Of a stretch of 64,000 bases of DNA, positions 1 to 13,539 are shown piece by piece. The DNA comes from Lepidodermella squamata (Eukaryota > Animalia > Gastrotricha): the NCBI GenBank assembly GCA_047495785.1, contig JBLDXI010000024.1, positions 310,001 through 374,000 of the forward strand. The letters run 5' to 3'. Within the stretch, counting starts at the first letter, position 1; each line of letters opens with the position of its first letter. The notes beneath the pieces are model-generated. The model saw only the letters and a list, made by a program, of their open reading frames with translations. It was not told the DNA's origin and did not search any database. The translations under genes were made by a program, and so were the position numbers.

Positions 1-3000
1 CGACGCCGATGGTGACGACGCGCCGACAGCTGGCCACACAACCCGCACCGGCTGTGCCGCCTTTTTTTCCGCATGTGCTGGCTCGGGTTGCCGATTTTTT
101 TACGACCGCAGCTATGTAATAAAGCCTAATTATACACGGTCGACTTTTGGCGCGCACAGCTTTTGACGAGCAGGCGGCGCAGATGGCCGATAAAAGCTGC
201 GATGAAGATGACACGAAGCTGCGACTGTAAACCAGGGTAATAGCGGCTAAGTAGAATGAACCGAGAGATGAGCGATACAGGTATTATAGACTGTCGCGCG
301 GCTGATGGCCGTCGGCAGCAGGTATCGCGCACGCATAAATTGGCAACGCAACGCGACACCGCGTCGCAAAAAGAAGCCAATGCAAACGCGCGCTCTTGTG
401 AGACAATAAAAACATCTACATGTCAGAGGCAGGCTTTCAGCGCCAACGACGCCGCATCACTTGAAGGTAATAATAACAAAACAGCCGCGCTTGCGACGTG
501 TTTGAGCGCGCGCTTCTCGTGTTTGTCGCCGTTTTTCGCGCACAAGGCAAAAAGTCGCAACAAAAGTTGCGCGCTCGTGTACTATTTGCCGATCGGCGAA
601 ACTGAGCGCGCGAATAACACGGCTACGGAAGTTTGCCAACGGCGACATACACATGGCGGAAAAAACTTGTCCGACTTGACCGTGGCCAGTGTACTACCTA
701 TATACCTGTGGGTGATGCGACGGCGGCAAACAAGCGCACTTGTCGGAAGTTTTAGTTTCACTTCTTCGCAAAAGTAAACAACGCGGCAAATAAAAAGTGA
801 TACGAAAAACGAGCGCCCTGTAATGGCCAAGCGATGAAGACGTTAATAATTGCAAAAATGGCCATTTCCGCCCAGCCACAAGCGCGTCTCATCGATCCGC
901 AACTCGTTATCCTCTTCGTCGTCGTCTTTTTCGCGCGGCTAATCGCCTGGCTTCCGATCGGCTGGCCGTCGAGCGCCGATACATCGCTTTCTTTTAATGT
1001 AATAATATTCAAGAGCGTCGTTAAGAAATGCAAAAAAATAGCAGAATATCATTGCGCTTATCGTGCGTGTTGATGAAAATAATAGCCAGAAGCGCAGGAA
1101 ACGCGAGTATAATCGCCGTCGCCGTGTTTCCGCAAGTCACCACTGCTTATCATCGAAAGACGGCGCCGCGATGCCCAGCGGCGAAATTTCGACCGCCACG
1201 TTAATAACCGGAAACTTGGTGCGCAGAACTATCAAAATCACGTATGCCGTTCTTAAAAAAAGTGTATGCCTGCGGCGACCTTTGTTTACGCCCTTCACGC
1301 GAAAAACTCGAGTGGCTATTTTTTACGGACGACATGACGCGCGCGCGTAAGAGTTGATTAGAAAATAACAAAACAAGATCGCGAAACTGCTATTTATCCG
1401 CCGATGAGTTGTGTTTAAGTGTAATAGCTTTTTGAAGATGGTCATCAGGCATAAAAACAAGCAGTTAATCGGCGCCGCGCACCGGCCCCACTTTGTTAAA
1501 GCGAAAAAAATATGGAAAAAAACGCGGCCGAAGCCGGAAATGTGTGTGTTATGGTTTTGCAGTAGAGGTAAGTATATATCGCAAAAATATTTGTTTGGTG
1601 AACGGGACACGCACGGTGCCATTTCGCGCGGCTTCAGAGTAGGCGATTAACTGCACCACAGGGTGTTTTCGCCGCCGCAAATGACTCGCGGCCAAAGTTG
1701 TTTAATCAAGACGCTGATGTGTTGTGGCGAAAAACACATGCAAAGTTCTACTACTACTGACTCATACTACTACTACCTGTACGGTTGCTTTTTTTAACTA
1801 CCGGCAATATACGGCGGATGAACGAACTGTACGAGTGCAACTTAGGCTAGTTATTTAGTTGCGAAAATGGCCTGCGGCAAAAATGCGCGCTGCTGCCGTA
1901 AAAAAGAAGACAGGTGCAACTACATGTTGTAGTAATGATGCGCGGAGGACGATAAAAAAAACAGCGTGATGAGGCCTTTAAGGTGGGCGGTGCTGGGTCA
2001 TGTCGTCATAATTCACGGCTGAAGAATGGCGGGCTCGGAAATAGAAACTGTGTACACATCACGCGAAGCAAGACGATGATCGTAATAATAATACATTAGC
2101 GTGTGTTAAGCTAAATAAATTACGAGCCAGGCCAGGCTCGAAGGTTATTCGGTAGTAGTCGGATAAATAATGCGCGTTATCTTACAGACACCCGCACTAG
2201 CCTGATAGTAAGTAGTAGGTAGTAGGTATATAGTGTTGTATAGCCAAAAATCCGAAGTGCGTTGTTGACTTGTTCCCGAGCTGGTTCTTCTTAATGCAAT
2301 CATCATCTACTACTACAGATCATCATCATCATCGTGATCGTAGACAACAAAACATCATGAGCCAAATAAGGTCATTAACAGTCGAGTGCTTGCGAGTAGA
2401 TAATAGTATGATGCCCGCTGCAGACATGAAGCGGAATCTCAACACGCAACATCGTAGTCATTAACATGCTTTTCGTCGGCACAAAAATGGATCCTATAGA
2501 GCTGTCGAGTGAGTAGGTAGTACACTACCGCAGTAGTTATTATTCGGCAAAAGACGATGATAATGATGTTAAAGCGAAGATAATATGCAAATTTACTCAC
2601 AGCGCCGGGTTGATGACAACACGGCGGCTAAAAATAACAGCAGCGCCCGATCAACAATCGAAGAGGTATTTGTTGGATGCTGGGCGCGATTTTGTTTACT
2701 ACGCGGCCCAGGCGAAACACGGCGAAAAGTGTCGGTAGCGCTTGGAAACTGTTTCGATATTAAGGTAGCAGCAGCTGCAGCCGCCATTATTAATAACATT
2801 ATTTTCGGCGAAATTTTCAACATGATATGATAATAAATTGATTGCGCTCGCGCGCCGTTGATGAAATGGTGTGGTGTTAAAAAGGCGAAATATAATTATT
2901 TTGCAGGCGATAAACAGCGCGTTTTTGGCGAGGCAGCAGTAGCAGCTGCAATAACAGTGATTAATGTGGCCCAGCGAAAAATAGCAGCAGTGAAAAAGCA

Positions 3001-5601
3001 GCCCCCGGTGGGAGATAATAGGCATCCGCCGAGAATGCTAATCGACGAGTGTATCATTATATTACGCGGCGCTCTAAGCCAGGGAGCTGGCACCCGGCTG
3101 CCAACGATGGAGGCAGTCAAACAGCGCGCGGCAGTGACAAAGCTGTGAGAGGAATGAATGAATCGCGAGCTATAATGGGCAGCTGGGTGGCGGCGACTAA
3201 GCGCGAAACAAGTGGACAGAAATTACAGCCACAGCGTAATGCCAACCATATTGTCTGTGATCTGGAGCTGCACGCGTGATTCCCGAGGCTAGATCGTCGC
3301 TAGCTCGAGCCGTAATCGACAGCCGTTCAAATTAATCTCGAGCTTCCCCGATTGCGCAATTGCCAGGCGGGCATCTACGAATAAAAGGCGTAACGCACTT
3401 TTGGCCATAAATCGCGCGCGAAACGTCTTCCTGAACTGCCTTCTTATCGATAGTAGACGTGTGCCAAATGAATAAATCGCATCAACGATGATGAATTCCA
3501 GAAAGCCTTATCCTTTTACAAGCAATAAATCGGCACCTTGACACGCCTGCCGTGTATTGCTGCATACGCGAGTAGCATTGTATATGGCGCGAATTTGTAA
3601 TGTGGCCAGGGCGCGCTGGCCGGAATTATTAGTGGTCGATTGACGGCCGTGGGGCGTGCGGAGAAGATGAATGTTTAATGACAGGCCAAGCACCTTGCCA
3701 GGCGAGAAAACACGCATCGAACACACGAAGCCGACGCTTCCCGTCGCGACAACATGTGATCTTCGCGAAAATACAACACTGTTTTGGCGTTTCAAGTGGT
3801 GGCTGATATATATATATATTTGCAACAATGCGATCGGGCCGCAGAATTATAATCTCGGCCTGAAGGTGCCAAGCTGCGGCGATTTTGACATTGTGTATGA
3901 GCGCGCGACAAAAATCGCAATAATAATAAATACTGCGTATATGTAGCGGAAGTGGCCGGGACATAGGGAGAGAGACGCGCCGTTTAGGGCAGTTGAGTGA
4001 AACAATAAAAATATTTCTTCAACTCGACATCTTGATGACGCTACATTGTTTTATTGTTGGCGCGCGCGAAAGAAACAAAACGAAGGCCGCGAGGAAGTGG
4101 CGCGTTCGACAAGCTGCACGCGCGTAGAGAGGCGCGCCACAGCGAGCTGACTGACAGAAAACTGGCAGGCTCAAGTGCTAGGCAAGCAGCGCGAGACGAC
4201 AAGTCACCCGCTGACACGCTGCCAAACTTGGCTCGATTGCAGCTGATAAGACAGTAGTAGTTAGTAAGGCTCTCTCTCACGCTGAGCGACACCTGGTTGT
4301 CGGTTTTCGTCACAGCGTTATCTGCGTTTTATTTACTGCAACTTCGCGCCCAACTTTTCGAGCCGTAAAAATATTAAGTAAATTAACGGCGAGCGTAAAT
4401 TACAAGGCGTCGCTGGCGCGCGGTGTCGTTGATGCGAGGCATCGGCGTGGAAAACTCGCGCATCTGCTGCAAGTTCAAACAAGAGCGCGAAGAAAAATGA
4501 GCGCATTACGCGCAAACCTATATACCTACAGATGCCATGCAATTCTTAAGGTAGAATACAATGGGGCGAGAATGCGTTTAATTTCCGTCGATTAACAGGT
4601 GACGGCGAATTGAGATTGCACGCAAAAAATAAATAAACAAATAAATGAACTAGAATTTAGGTCATCAGCAACGCAACTTGGGCGAATATTTCGGCTAGGG
4701 TACTCAATCAATGAGAAGGTTCTAACGCGTCATGAGTATGCTTAGAATGACATTCGAAGCAGCCTCGGGTTCAGAAATCCAGGTAAATAAATCCACAAAG
4801 GTGGAGTAGAAAGAAAAGGCAGCGGCGGCGGCTTAAGGCGGAACAAACGCCGATAAAAACAATAGGGAGTGAGAAAGGTACTCAATTTCCGGCGATTTAC
4901 AATAAGTATAACACAGTGACGGAATGAAGCGGCACGGCGCGCGAAACCGATAACAAAACCGGCTAATGGTCATGCTTGGCAGCTGTCGTAAAAGGCACGC
5001 CGGGGTCACTTTCAGGGCTCGGCTTGACGAGGACGCCGATTATTGGTTATATCAGCATCAGGTATATTGCAGACAGCGGCGCGGCGGGAAATGTGACGGG
5101 CATTGGTTGTAAAATGTAATGGAATACGGATATGGCGCTTACTTATTCACGGGTTACGAAATCTTTGTTTGCACTCAATCGGCAAAGCATGCGGCGACGA
5201 CGGGTCAGCCGGCGGTTCCTGCCCAGCGTCGGCAGCTGCCTCGGCACACAACAGCCGGCGCAAATACAACAACAACAACAGCGACAAGCGAAGCCAAAAG
5301 TTCCGCGTCTTACATATATAGGGAAGGTGAGCGACGCGCCTCTCCGCGCTGATGATAAAGATGCGCGACTCTAACAGCGTGCTGCTTTAAGGAGGAAGAA
5401 CTTTTTACGCGCTGTTATATGACCTAACCATCATCCTGCACCTAGTATAGGCATCGACTGACACCTGTTCCTCACGGCGGCGCGTGAGAACAAGAATAAA
5501 TTGCATGAATAAAGCATGCCGCGCGCGTCAATCATGCACTATATAACAATCTCTAACAAAATGAACACGGGTAAAGTTAATTTTAAAAAGGCATGACGTA
5601 C

Positions 5602-5847
5602 CTTAAGATGAAGCGGCGGCCCAGCATCAACGTCGTGCGCTTCCATGCTGCTGGCTAACAGATGCAAGTGGCTGCGAATGACCTCGTCGTTGTCCTCCTC
5701 CGACTCGTTGTCGTCGTCGTCTGTCTCATCGGCTGACAACGCGTCCTCGCAGTCATCTTCGTCATGTAGCTCGGCCTCGTGAATCGGCGGTAGTAGCCCG
5801 ATTCCGGTTATCATCAGCTTGTTTTTCGAGTCAGCAATTATACTTAT
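5602..5847 (-). CDS. Isolated internal coding exon (82 codons, phase 0-0) encoding an acidic low-complexity segment; parent gene unidentified
   Basis: Minus-strand acceptor ...ctatacag| and donor AAG|gtacgt; 246 nt, stop-free; ISIIADSKNKLMITGIGLLPPIHEAELHDEDDCEDALSADETDDDDNESEEDNDEVIRSHLHLLASSMEAHDVDAGPPLHLK. Confidence 0.6.
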
Positions 5848-8800
5848 CTGTATAGTAGGAATCGAGTCGGCAATAATTATTGGTGATCATCATTTGTTTA
5901 TTGACTTACTTAATGAAATGCACTTGATCGCCGGCGCTTTGACGCGCGTTGACTACAACAACAATTTTCTGGTGATGTAATGACAATTTTATCTATAAGT
6001 GCAACAAAAATAAACAAGACATGATGATATTGAGGTAACCGCACGCGTCGCAATGTCACATCAGCCGGTGTTTGTTTTATAAATAATAAATAAGATTTGC
6101 AGGAAGACGATCCCGATAGCCCACCAGAGATAAGCATTACTGGTGGTGGTGGTCGAGCAATAACACGACGCGGCCCGATGACCTTCCGCCACTTTGCGGC
6201 GATCTCGATGCGGTCGATGGCGTTCAGCTTTTAATATTTTATCGGCCGTCCGGTTCAACGAGTATCATCGCGATCGAACTACAAACACGCTTTGTTATTG
6301 CTGTTGTCGCCAGTGCATCGCCAAACAGCAGTAGCAGTAGCCCTTTAATGCAATAAAGGCGGGCGTTACGCAACGAGGGCAGCTCGACAAAATTGGTCTC
6401 GCGCGCGCAGTTATTAAGAATCAAATTAATGTTTATTGCTCGGCGCATTGAAATCGAATCGAGATGAACTTCAACTTCGCAGACGAAGCCGGGGTTCTAA
6501 ACGCGATTTGCCATACAAAATTGAATATGCGCGTCATTAAAAACACGACCGGCGCGACAAGTAGCCTTTGGCGACAGTAGTATGGCTATATGCAACTAAG
6601 TTAGTGGAGATGACACCAAACAGGGTCGTAAAATGAAGTGACCAGAGTAAAAACCTGTGATTAAGCCACCATGTTTTGGTGTTGGTTCATATATAGGTGC
6701 AAAGTGGTGGCTGTAGAGAAAAGTTGCACAACGCGCTCATTCACGACCTCGCTCACCAAAACGCTGCTGTAACACATAGCTATTTGATGAATCATCGAAA
6801 CCCTGCAATTCGACATAAGGCTGCCTATAAATGTTGGCAATTATAGCCAGCTTAACCCCGTTTTGCTATTCCCCTATTTCGAGACAAGGCAGATGACAAA
6901 CATGAGATTGGCCGCTGCGAAAAAATCACGCAATCGCCAATTTCATTAAAACGTCTGCATGAGATGGCAATCATGGTGTGGAATCGGTCAAAACATTAAT
7001 CATCTGGGATCTATTTTTTGGCAAAGATTGCACTAACACTGAAAAAAATCTTGTTCCTAGTATCAGACATCAAGATGAACAGAAATTCACAAAAATATTA
7101 AAGTATTTAAATCGAACCGAAAATCCACGTTGGGAAAATGTCCTACTATATGAATGTTTACGCCAAGAAAATGTTCTCGTAGAGTGGGGATAAATCCGGC
7201 GAAAATTGAAAATAAATCCAAACCGGCTATTTTTGTCGCACTATATAGTTAGCTTATATATAATATTTATATATATATATTCTTGGCGCACAATATTATT
7301 TTTCGCATGAATGAGGGCGTGTGGGAAAAAATCGAACCTACGAGTACCGGTTGACACAGGCACACGTGTGCGACCAACGGCCAGCAACGTCGTAAAAAGT
7401 AGGCCGGTGGCGAAGCGTGGCAAATCTTCCAAGGCAAAAACGATAGTAGTAGTCGTAGGTATTAATAATTACGGACGAGCTGTCAGCGGCCGGTTGTGGG
7501 ATTATGTAAAAACAAATCCATAAAACAAATTATTGAGGCATGACAGCGGGGAGTTGGCCTCGGTTTTAAATTAGTTTCGTAAACAAACGATAAATAATAA
7601 TCTAGCAATAGAAATAATAAACGTTTTAAATATGGCCGTATATTATAATGTAATTTTCATTGATAAAACGTTCGAGTCGAGAGATGTTTTTGCGGCCGTT
7701 TATAACATGATTGATCGCTATCATTTACTATAACTTTTCAGCGTGTTACGCATCTCGGCCAGACAAACGGCCGTTGTTTTTGTTGTAAAAGAGAGAGAGA
7801 CGATAAACGCGCAGGTATCATCAACAATTATTTCGGCATAATCTCAACACGTCGCTCGATCGGGCGCCCGCTGCGGCTACAGAGACGCTCGCGTGATAGC
7901 CGTACATTTTTGCGGCGGCGGAGCACACAGGTACCGTACTCGGGCATTGAAAGAAACGCCTCTGATGTGTGTTGTCGCTGCTAGTGAAATCATCGTTTTT
8001 ATAGCATTATACAGCTGTTTCCTAATACCTACACGGGCCAATGTTAAGCCCAGCACGTACGCGTTGTTAACGGTGTTATTGGCGGTACCTCTGTTGCTGT
8101 AACGGGATAAGTCAGTTTAGGGAAGTTACTGTCTCGTTATTGCCGAGCCAGGTTAGTATAGAGGAAGTAGTAGTAAAAACGCAACGCGTTTGTTTTATTA
8201 CCCGGGCTCAGGGTAGTACGGCACCGGAACCGCAGGAGACGCCAAATCGCAGTCTGCAGATGTATAGGAATAGCGTGAAAGGCGGGAGATCAGCGGGCGT
8301 AGCATTGTTTTGCCGTATTTATTTACTCATCGCAACGACTACATGGTCAAAGACAGATTACAGTATGCCAATGCTAGACATTATAACAGGATGAGTCACG
8401 ATAGAAATAACGCGCGCCAGGTAAGGCAGGTAAATGTAGTAGAAGGGTATGTGGTATTAGGTATACAACAAATTAATAAGCCCAGGCGCTGGGTCGGTTC
8501 CTAAACGGTGTAAGCTGTGTGTTGGTATCATTGTTTTAGCGAACCCCATATATCAACAAATTATACCAAGCAGATGACTTGGCGCATATAAGTATGTTGG
8601 GTTTTACCAAACGAAAGTAATAACATCCTTAATTACAAAACAAATATTGCAATGAATAAAATATTAGTAAATAATTCCTATACCATTACTAATCATCAGT
8701 CGATAAATATCGACCAAGCGATTGATTTTAGCTTGATATAGAATTGAGTTCGAGTCGATTCGGATTGTTGGGTTCCATCTGTTGGGACCAAAAATTATAT

Positions 8801-11800
8801 AAAATGATTTTGAAAAGCTAATAAAGGACCGGAGATGCCCTCGCTAGCGTTATCTTCGTACTCGTGGGTTTTTTCGACATCAGCGCACCGATTGAAGCGT
8901 TACAACAGATTTTTTGAAGGACGAACAAGCAAGATAAGGCATCTTTGGCTACTATGCTGCCGCCCCCAACAAAAAATCGACATAGCTTGTTGCCAGGGTA
9001 GTTGTTGTTGTATTTACCTTCTCGGCGCGTGAATATAGGAAGTTATTATGATTCTATATCCACCGAAAGCCCTACCATCATTATCGCATTATTTTGCGCT
9101 ATAAAACTTCCCGATAGTTGTGATTATAGCCAACGATAGGGAAGGGGGAAAAAACGATGCAGTTATTAATAGGTGGCAAAGCCGAATCATTAAGGAAGCG
9201 GTAAAATCATCGAAATATATGCCTTGAAGCGTGTTTGTTGCCCCAGCGATCATCGGTGTATATCGCTCACGTTACACACGAGCGCGGGCGGCGCGTGAAG
9301 AGTGGTGAAAAAAACCCACGGAGAGTGCGGTAAACATTGGTAGGGAAGCGCAGAAAACGCGCTAGTCCGCAGCACTGAACTGAAAATGATATTTTCTAGG
9401 TAAAATTGCCATTATATCGTGTCCATCAGAGCGGCCATAGCGCGCAACACATGGCGAAAAGCGGGTAAATAATGGCAAAACATCTTTTCGATTTTATAGA
9501 GAAGCAAATAATACGCGAGTTATGCATATTACAGGCGGGCTAAGTATCGGAAAAATCGCTCGGCGAGGACAAACATTTTTACAACAAACGCGCCCGAAAT
9601 CTATCTACTCAATCTTCATATTTAACGCGCCACGATTTTGATATTATAACAACGTGTATTTTTTCGGCCTAGCGATGGAAAAAGTACACAAAAATAATGC
9701 GGTCGTCCGCAAAAGGAATTACGCGCAATTTTCGATAATATTTGTAATACACACCCGCGCCCGTTTTTCTGTGTCGTCGCTAAAATAGCAGTAAACAGAC
9801 AACAGAGAGTGGCGCTATGATCAAAAACTCGCGAGAAAGAAGGCTATAATTACAAACCGGCGGAGCGTTATCGCTTGGATTATGTTGTCATGATTCCACA
9901 TCATGACCACCCGCTACTTTTCGGTGTTTTTGCTTACATCGCGATTTTATTAACTAAACCATAAAACAACAAGCCATCTTTTGATAAGCGGTACGTACGA
10001 TCGTCGAACGAAGGTGTTAATTAGTAAAGCATGCGTGTTATCGCAGCGGGTCGAGATGGCAGAACTGCGGCCGGTGTGCCAAAAAGATGAAAACTTTTGG
10101 TGCGATTGGTTTCAATTATACAACACGCAAGATATCAGAGTGAAAAATGCGCGGCAATCGGCGGAAGATAAAGAGCGTTTAGCAGCATATAAAGCGGCTC
10201 GTCGCTTTTGACGTATTAATTACCGCGTCGAGACGGCCAGGGCAGCGGGTTGTTTTGTCGACGGTCAAGAGCGATATAATTATTTAAATAAATTGAAAAT
10301 GGCGGCGCTAAGTGGTGACGATAAGCAACCGTCTTGCGAGGTAGGTATATTATCTAGATAAATTTGACTGCCATTGACATGCACATCACAGGACCGGATT
10401 TCAACCTGATAACGGTAAATGAGCTACTGGAATGAAAACAATGCGGAAGTGGGAAGAAAAATTAGGTCATGTTTACGGGGACAATAATAAGGTCAGGGCA
10501 GAGAGTGGCGAAATTCCATCGCTTTAGATGATGAACTTGAGTTTTTTTGTTATTCAAGATTTGTGCCAAGAATCGATGCTAACTTGATGATGAGTAGCGG
10601 CAGAATTTGCGTGACACGACTATTTTTTCTTGTTTACTATTATATTTTTGCGAGCGCGCGTGCGGATTTTTTCAAAGACTGATGCGCCGGACATGTGGGA
10701 TTTTTCTGTACCGCAAAGCGCGGCGTGTCAAAATTGTCGGTGCCAAGTCATCGAAAACGATAACACAATGGGCACTGATTTAGCGCTGATGAAGTTTGCT
10801 ACATCACATCAGGCTCTTTTTATGCAAAAAGTCGCGCGCTGGTTCCGTCCGATGCGAGTAACAATATGCAAATTAGAACGCGCTGAAATCAGTTGTCTGC
10901 AACCAAACCACACTGCGGATACAAAATTTCGACATGCGCGAATAAAATTATTAATAACGACAGGCTACGCAGTAATAATTATTTTACAGGCACGCATCGA
11001 AATGACACGGAGCCGTGTTCGAGACGACGCGGTCTATTTCGCTCCAACATAGCAGAACGCGCCCGGTCATAGATTAATATAGCGGCGATATTATTACTAG
11101 CACTGGCCATGATTTCGGCCCGGCTGGGGTGCTGATTGATGATGATATTTAAAAGAGCGTCGGTGCGCCTGTCAGTCACGCGACTTGAAGCACTTTTAAC
11201 AACAATTACAACGCAGCCATTAGTCTGGGCAAACAATTTGTAAACACTCTAAACTAGTCCATGAACCGCCCATAACAACAATCACCGCTGTCAATCGCAT
11301 TAACAACAAGCATTTAATGCGCAGTTGTAAAAATAAGTGAAAAATGATTTTACGCGCCAGCCAAAACAATAATTATGGCATTATTCAGCGTAAAAAATAA
11401 AATCGGAGAAATTTCATGCTAAATAGCCGAGGCAGCTCAAACATGGCCACTTGTTGGCCAGTGTTTAAAATTTAATGAATGCCTAATGAAAATCATAAAC
11501 AAGCATTTCTATGCGCGATGCTTTCACCACAAAACAGCGACGTTTTGGAGGTACACTTCGCGAGAGAGTAATTATTTTATTATAAGGTGCCACTGCCATT
11601 TGAAGTATGCACAAAATGTAAATATTAAACCCAAACCGCATACTCACCGTAATTATGGCCTGCTTTTTAATAATTCACGGCCCCATTCTAGAAATTTTTA
11701 GTGGGATGGTGATGTTTGCGCGCATTTTTGTATTGCGCGCGCGTGAGGCACGTGCGAAGCCGTGACATCGCGAAAATAATCAGTCTGCGCCATTCCTACT

Positions 11801-12526
11801 ACAACTATACAATGGTTCGCATTGACACATGTGGTAGGGTATGCATATTTATCGGTAATAAGGATGTCAGTGGCTTCTGAACATGTTGTTTGCTCATATT
11901 GATGGAGCCATACAAAAATCATATATCATTACATCGTTGCCACAAATAACGCCGAGTGAAGACTGAAAAATTTGCTAATTAGTAGCCCAACATCGCGGCG
12001 TATTACATCGATGTGCGATAAACAAATTGATACGGAAGGCAAATATCGCCTGCCTTGAACGAGCTGTGAAATTCGCGAGCTGTAATACATATCATCGCGA
12101 TACATCTTGACGATATTAATTGTTACATTCGCATTTCTTGAGTGTGTACCAAGCTTCTCAAGCGGAATATTGAAATAAAATGCTAAAAATTTTCGCTGCG
12201 TATAAGAATTTTCCAAACCTGCTATACCAGAGTATCAGTAGGAAAGCCCATACCGGGAGTACTCAACTTCCCGGCTCATAAATAAAAAACCGCAGAGTTT
12301 GATGAACATTTTATGGTGCTTTTCAAGGCAACAGAGGGTTAATTGCTGTTATTTCTTGGGAAGATTTTTTTGACCTTGGCCTAGGTCAGAAAACGCAATA
12401 AAAAGACGAATGCATCCGATAAAGAAATGCTCTGTGAACATGAATAACTGAAAAACTTCAATCAAAAATTGAAGAAAAATATTTTTTCCAATTTAGCTGA
12501 GATCGTAAAGAAAGAGCTCCGCTTAC

Positions 12527-12587
12527 ACTTTTTAGTCGGGAAGCGACTAAAAAGTCAAAAGACTAAAAGAGGCAAGTCTTTTTAGCC
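12527..12587. repeat. Inverted-repeat array of a GACTAAAA(A)G motif
   Basis: ACTTTTTAGTCG (12527-12538) and CGACTAAAAAGT (12544-12555) form a perfect 12-bp stem with a 5-nt loop; a second imperfect pair (GACTAAAAGA...TCTTTTTAGCC) follows. Confidence 0.6.
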
Positions 12588-13172
12588 TCAGACTGAAATT
12601 TCCTCAAAAGCGGTCGAATACGCTTACATCAGTGAAAACTATACAGAAACGAGTTTGGGCAGGCTACTACATCGCATCATTCTTAGTATATTTGCACTTT
12701 TTGGAGCATCCCTTTAACAGCGATAATAACATACCGTTCACCCGCAATCGTTGGCTAGGATGTGTTTGTATGGTATCATCAAGTAAAAGTTTGTTCTGTC
12801 AGGTGTATACACGGATCAAACCTTCTGCAAAGCACAAAACACCGAGCGAAAGGAACCGCAACCAGTAAAAAAACATTCTGCACTCCTAATCTGCGTATGA
12901 ACATTAAGGCAATCCATGGTGCTAATGGGCAGACATATCATCATGGCTTAATCAGTGCATACTTCGTGAATATCCGCTTATGTGCAAACCCATTTTTTCT
13001 GCCTTCAAGTACATACTACAGAATGACAGACGGCTGAGTTAATTATTACGCTTGTTACGGGACACTGGAGGTATAAGAGTGCTAAAAATCCAACACGTAG
13101 TTGAAATCGGACTGGATTAATCTTCCATTAGGTCTAGCGATATCCCTCAAAACGATTAGTAATTACAATTTA

Positions 13173-13539
13173 CCGTAAATACTGAAATATAATGCGGGGC
13201 CGCAATAAAGGGCAGGGACTATGAATAGAAGGCAGGGGTTGTAGGACATTCGAAACCTTACAGGGCAGAACCGAAATAAAGGGCAGTTGTCTTTTATGTA
13301 TAACACTAGAGTGATGTTCAAGGAAACGCTCTAAAATCAGGATTTTGGTAATTTTTTTCGAATATTATTATAAAAATAAAGAAAGAGTGTAACTTAGTAG
13401 AGTTTGAGTCAAGCACTCATTGATGCTCATTGGAGCTCGTCTGATTTTGCCAAAGTACCCTTTTTCCTCTCGAGTTTTCATAATGGGTACCGGGCGTTTG
13501 AAAAATAAAAGACAGTGCCTAATGATTTGGTATTTACGG
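13173..13539. mobile_element. Non-autonomous Tc1/mariner-superfamily (Tc2/pogo-like) MITE, about 367 bp
   Basis: TA|CCGTAAATAC at 13171-13182 and GTATTTACGG|TA at 13530-13541: 10-bp perfect TIR plus TA target-site duplication. Internal repeat AATAAAGGGCAG occurs twice; no transposase ORF. Confidence 0.6.

Noticed and set aside
2205-2245. let-7-like string (aggtagtaggt...ttgtatag)
   Set aside because: No TGAGGTAG seed start and no complementary arm for a pre-miRNA hairpin; it arises from (GTA/GTAG)n low complexity.
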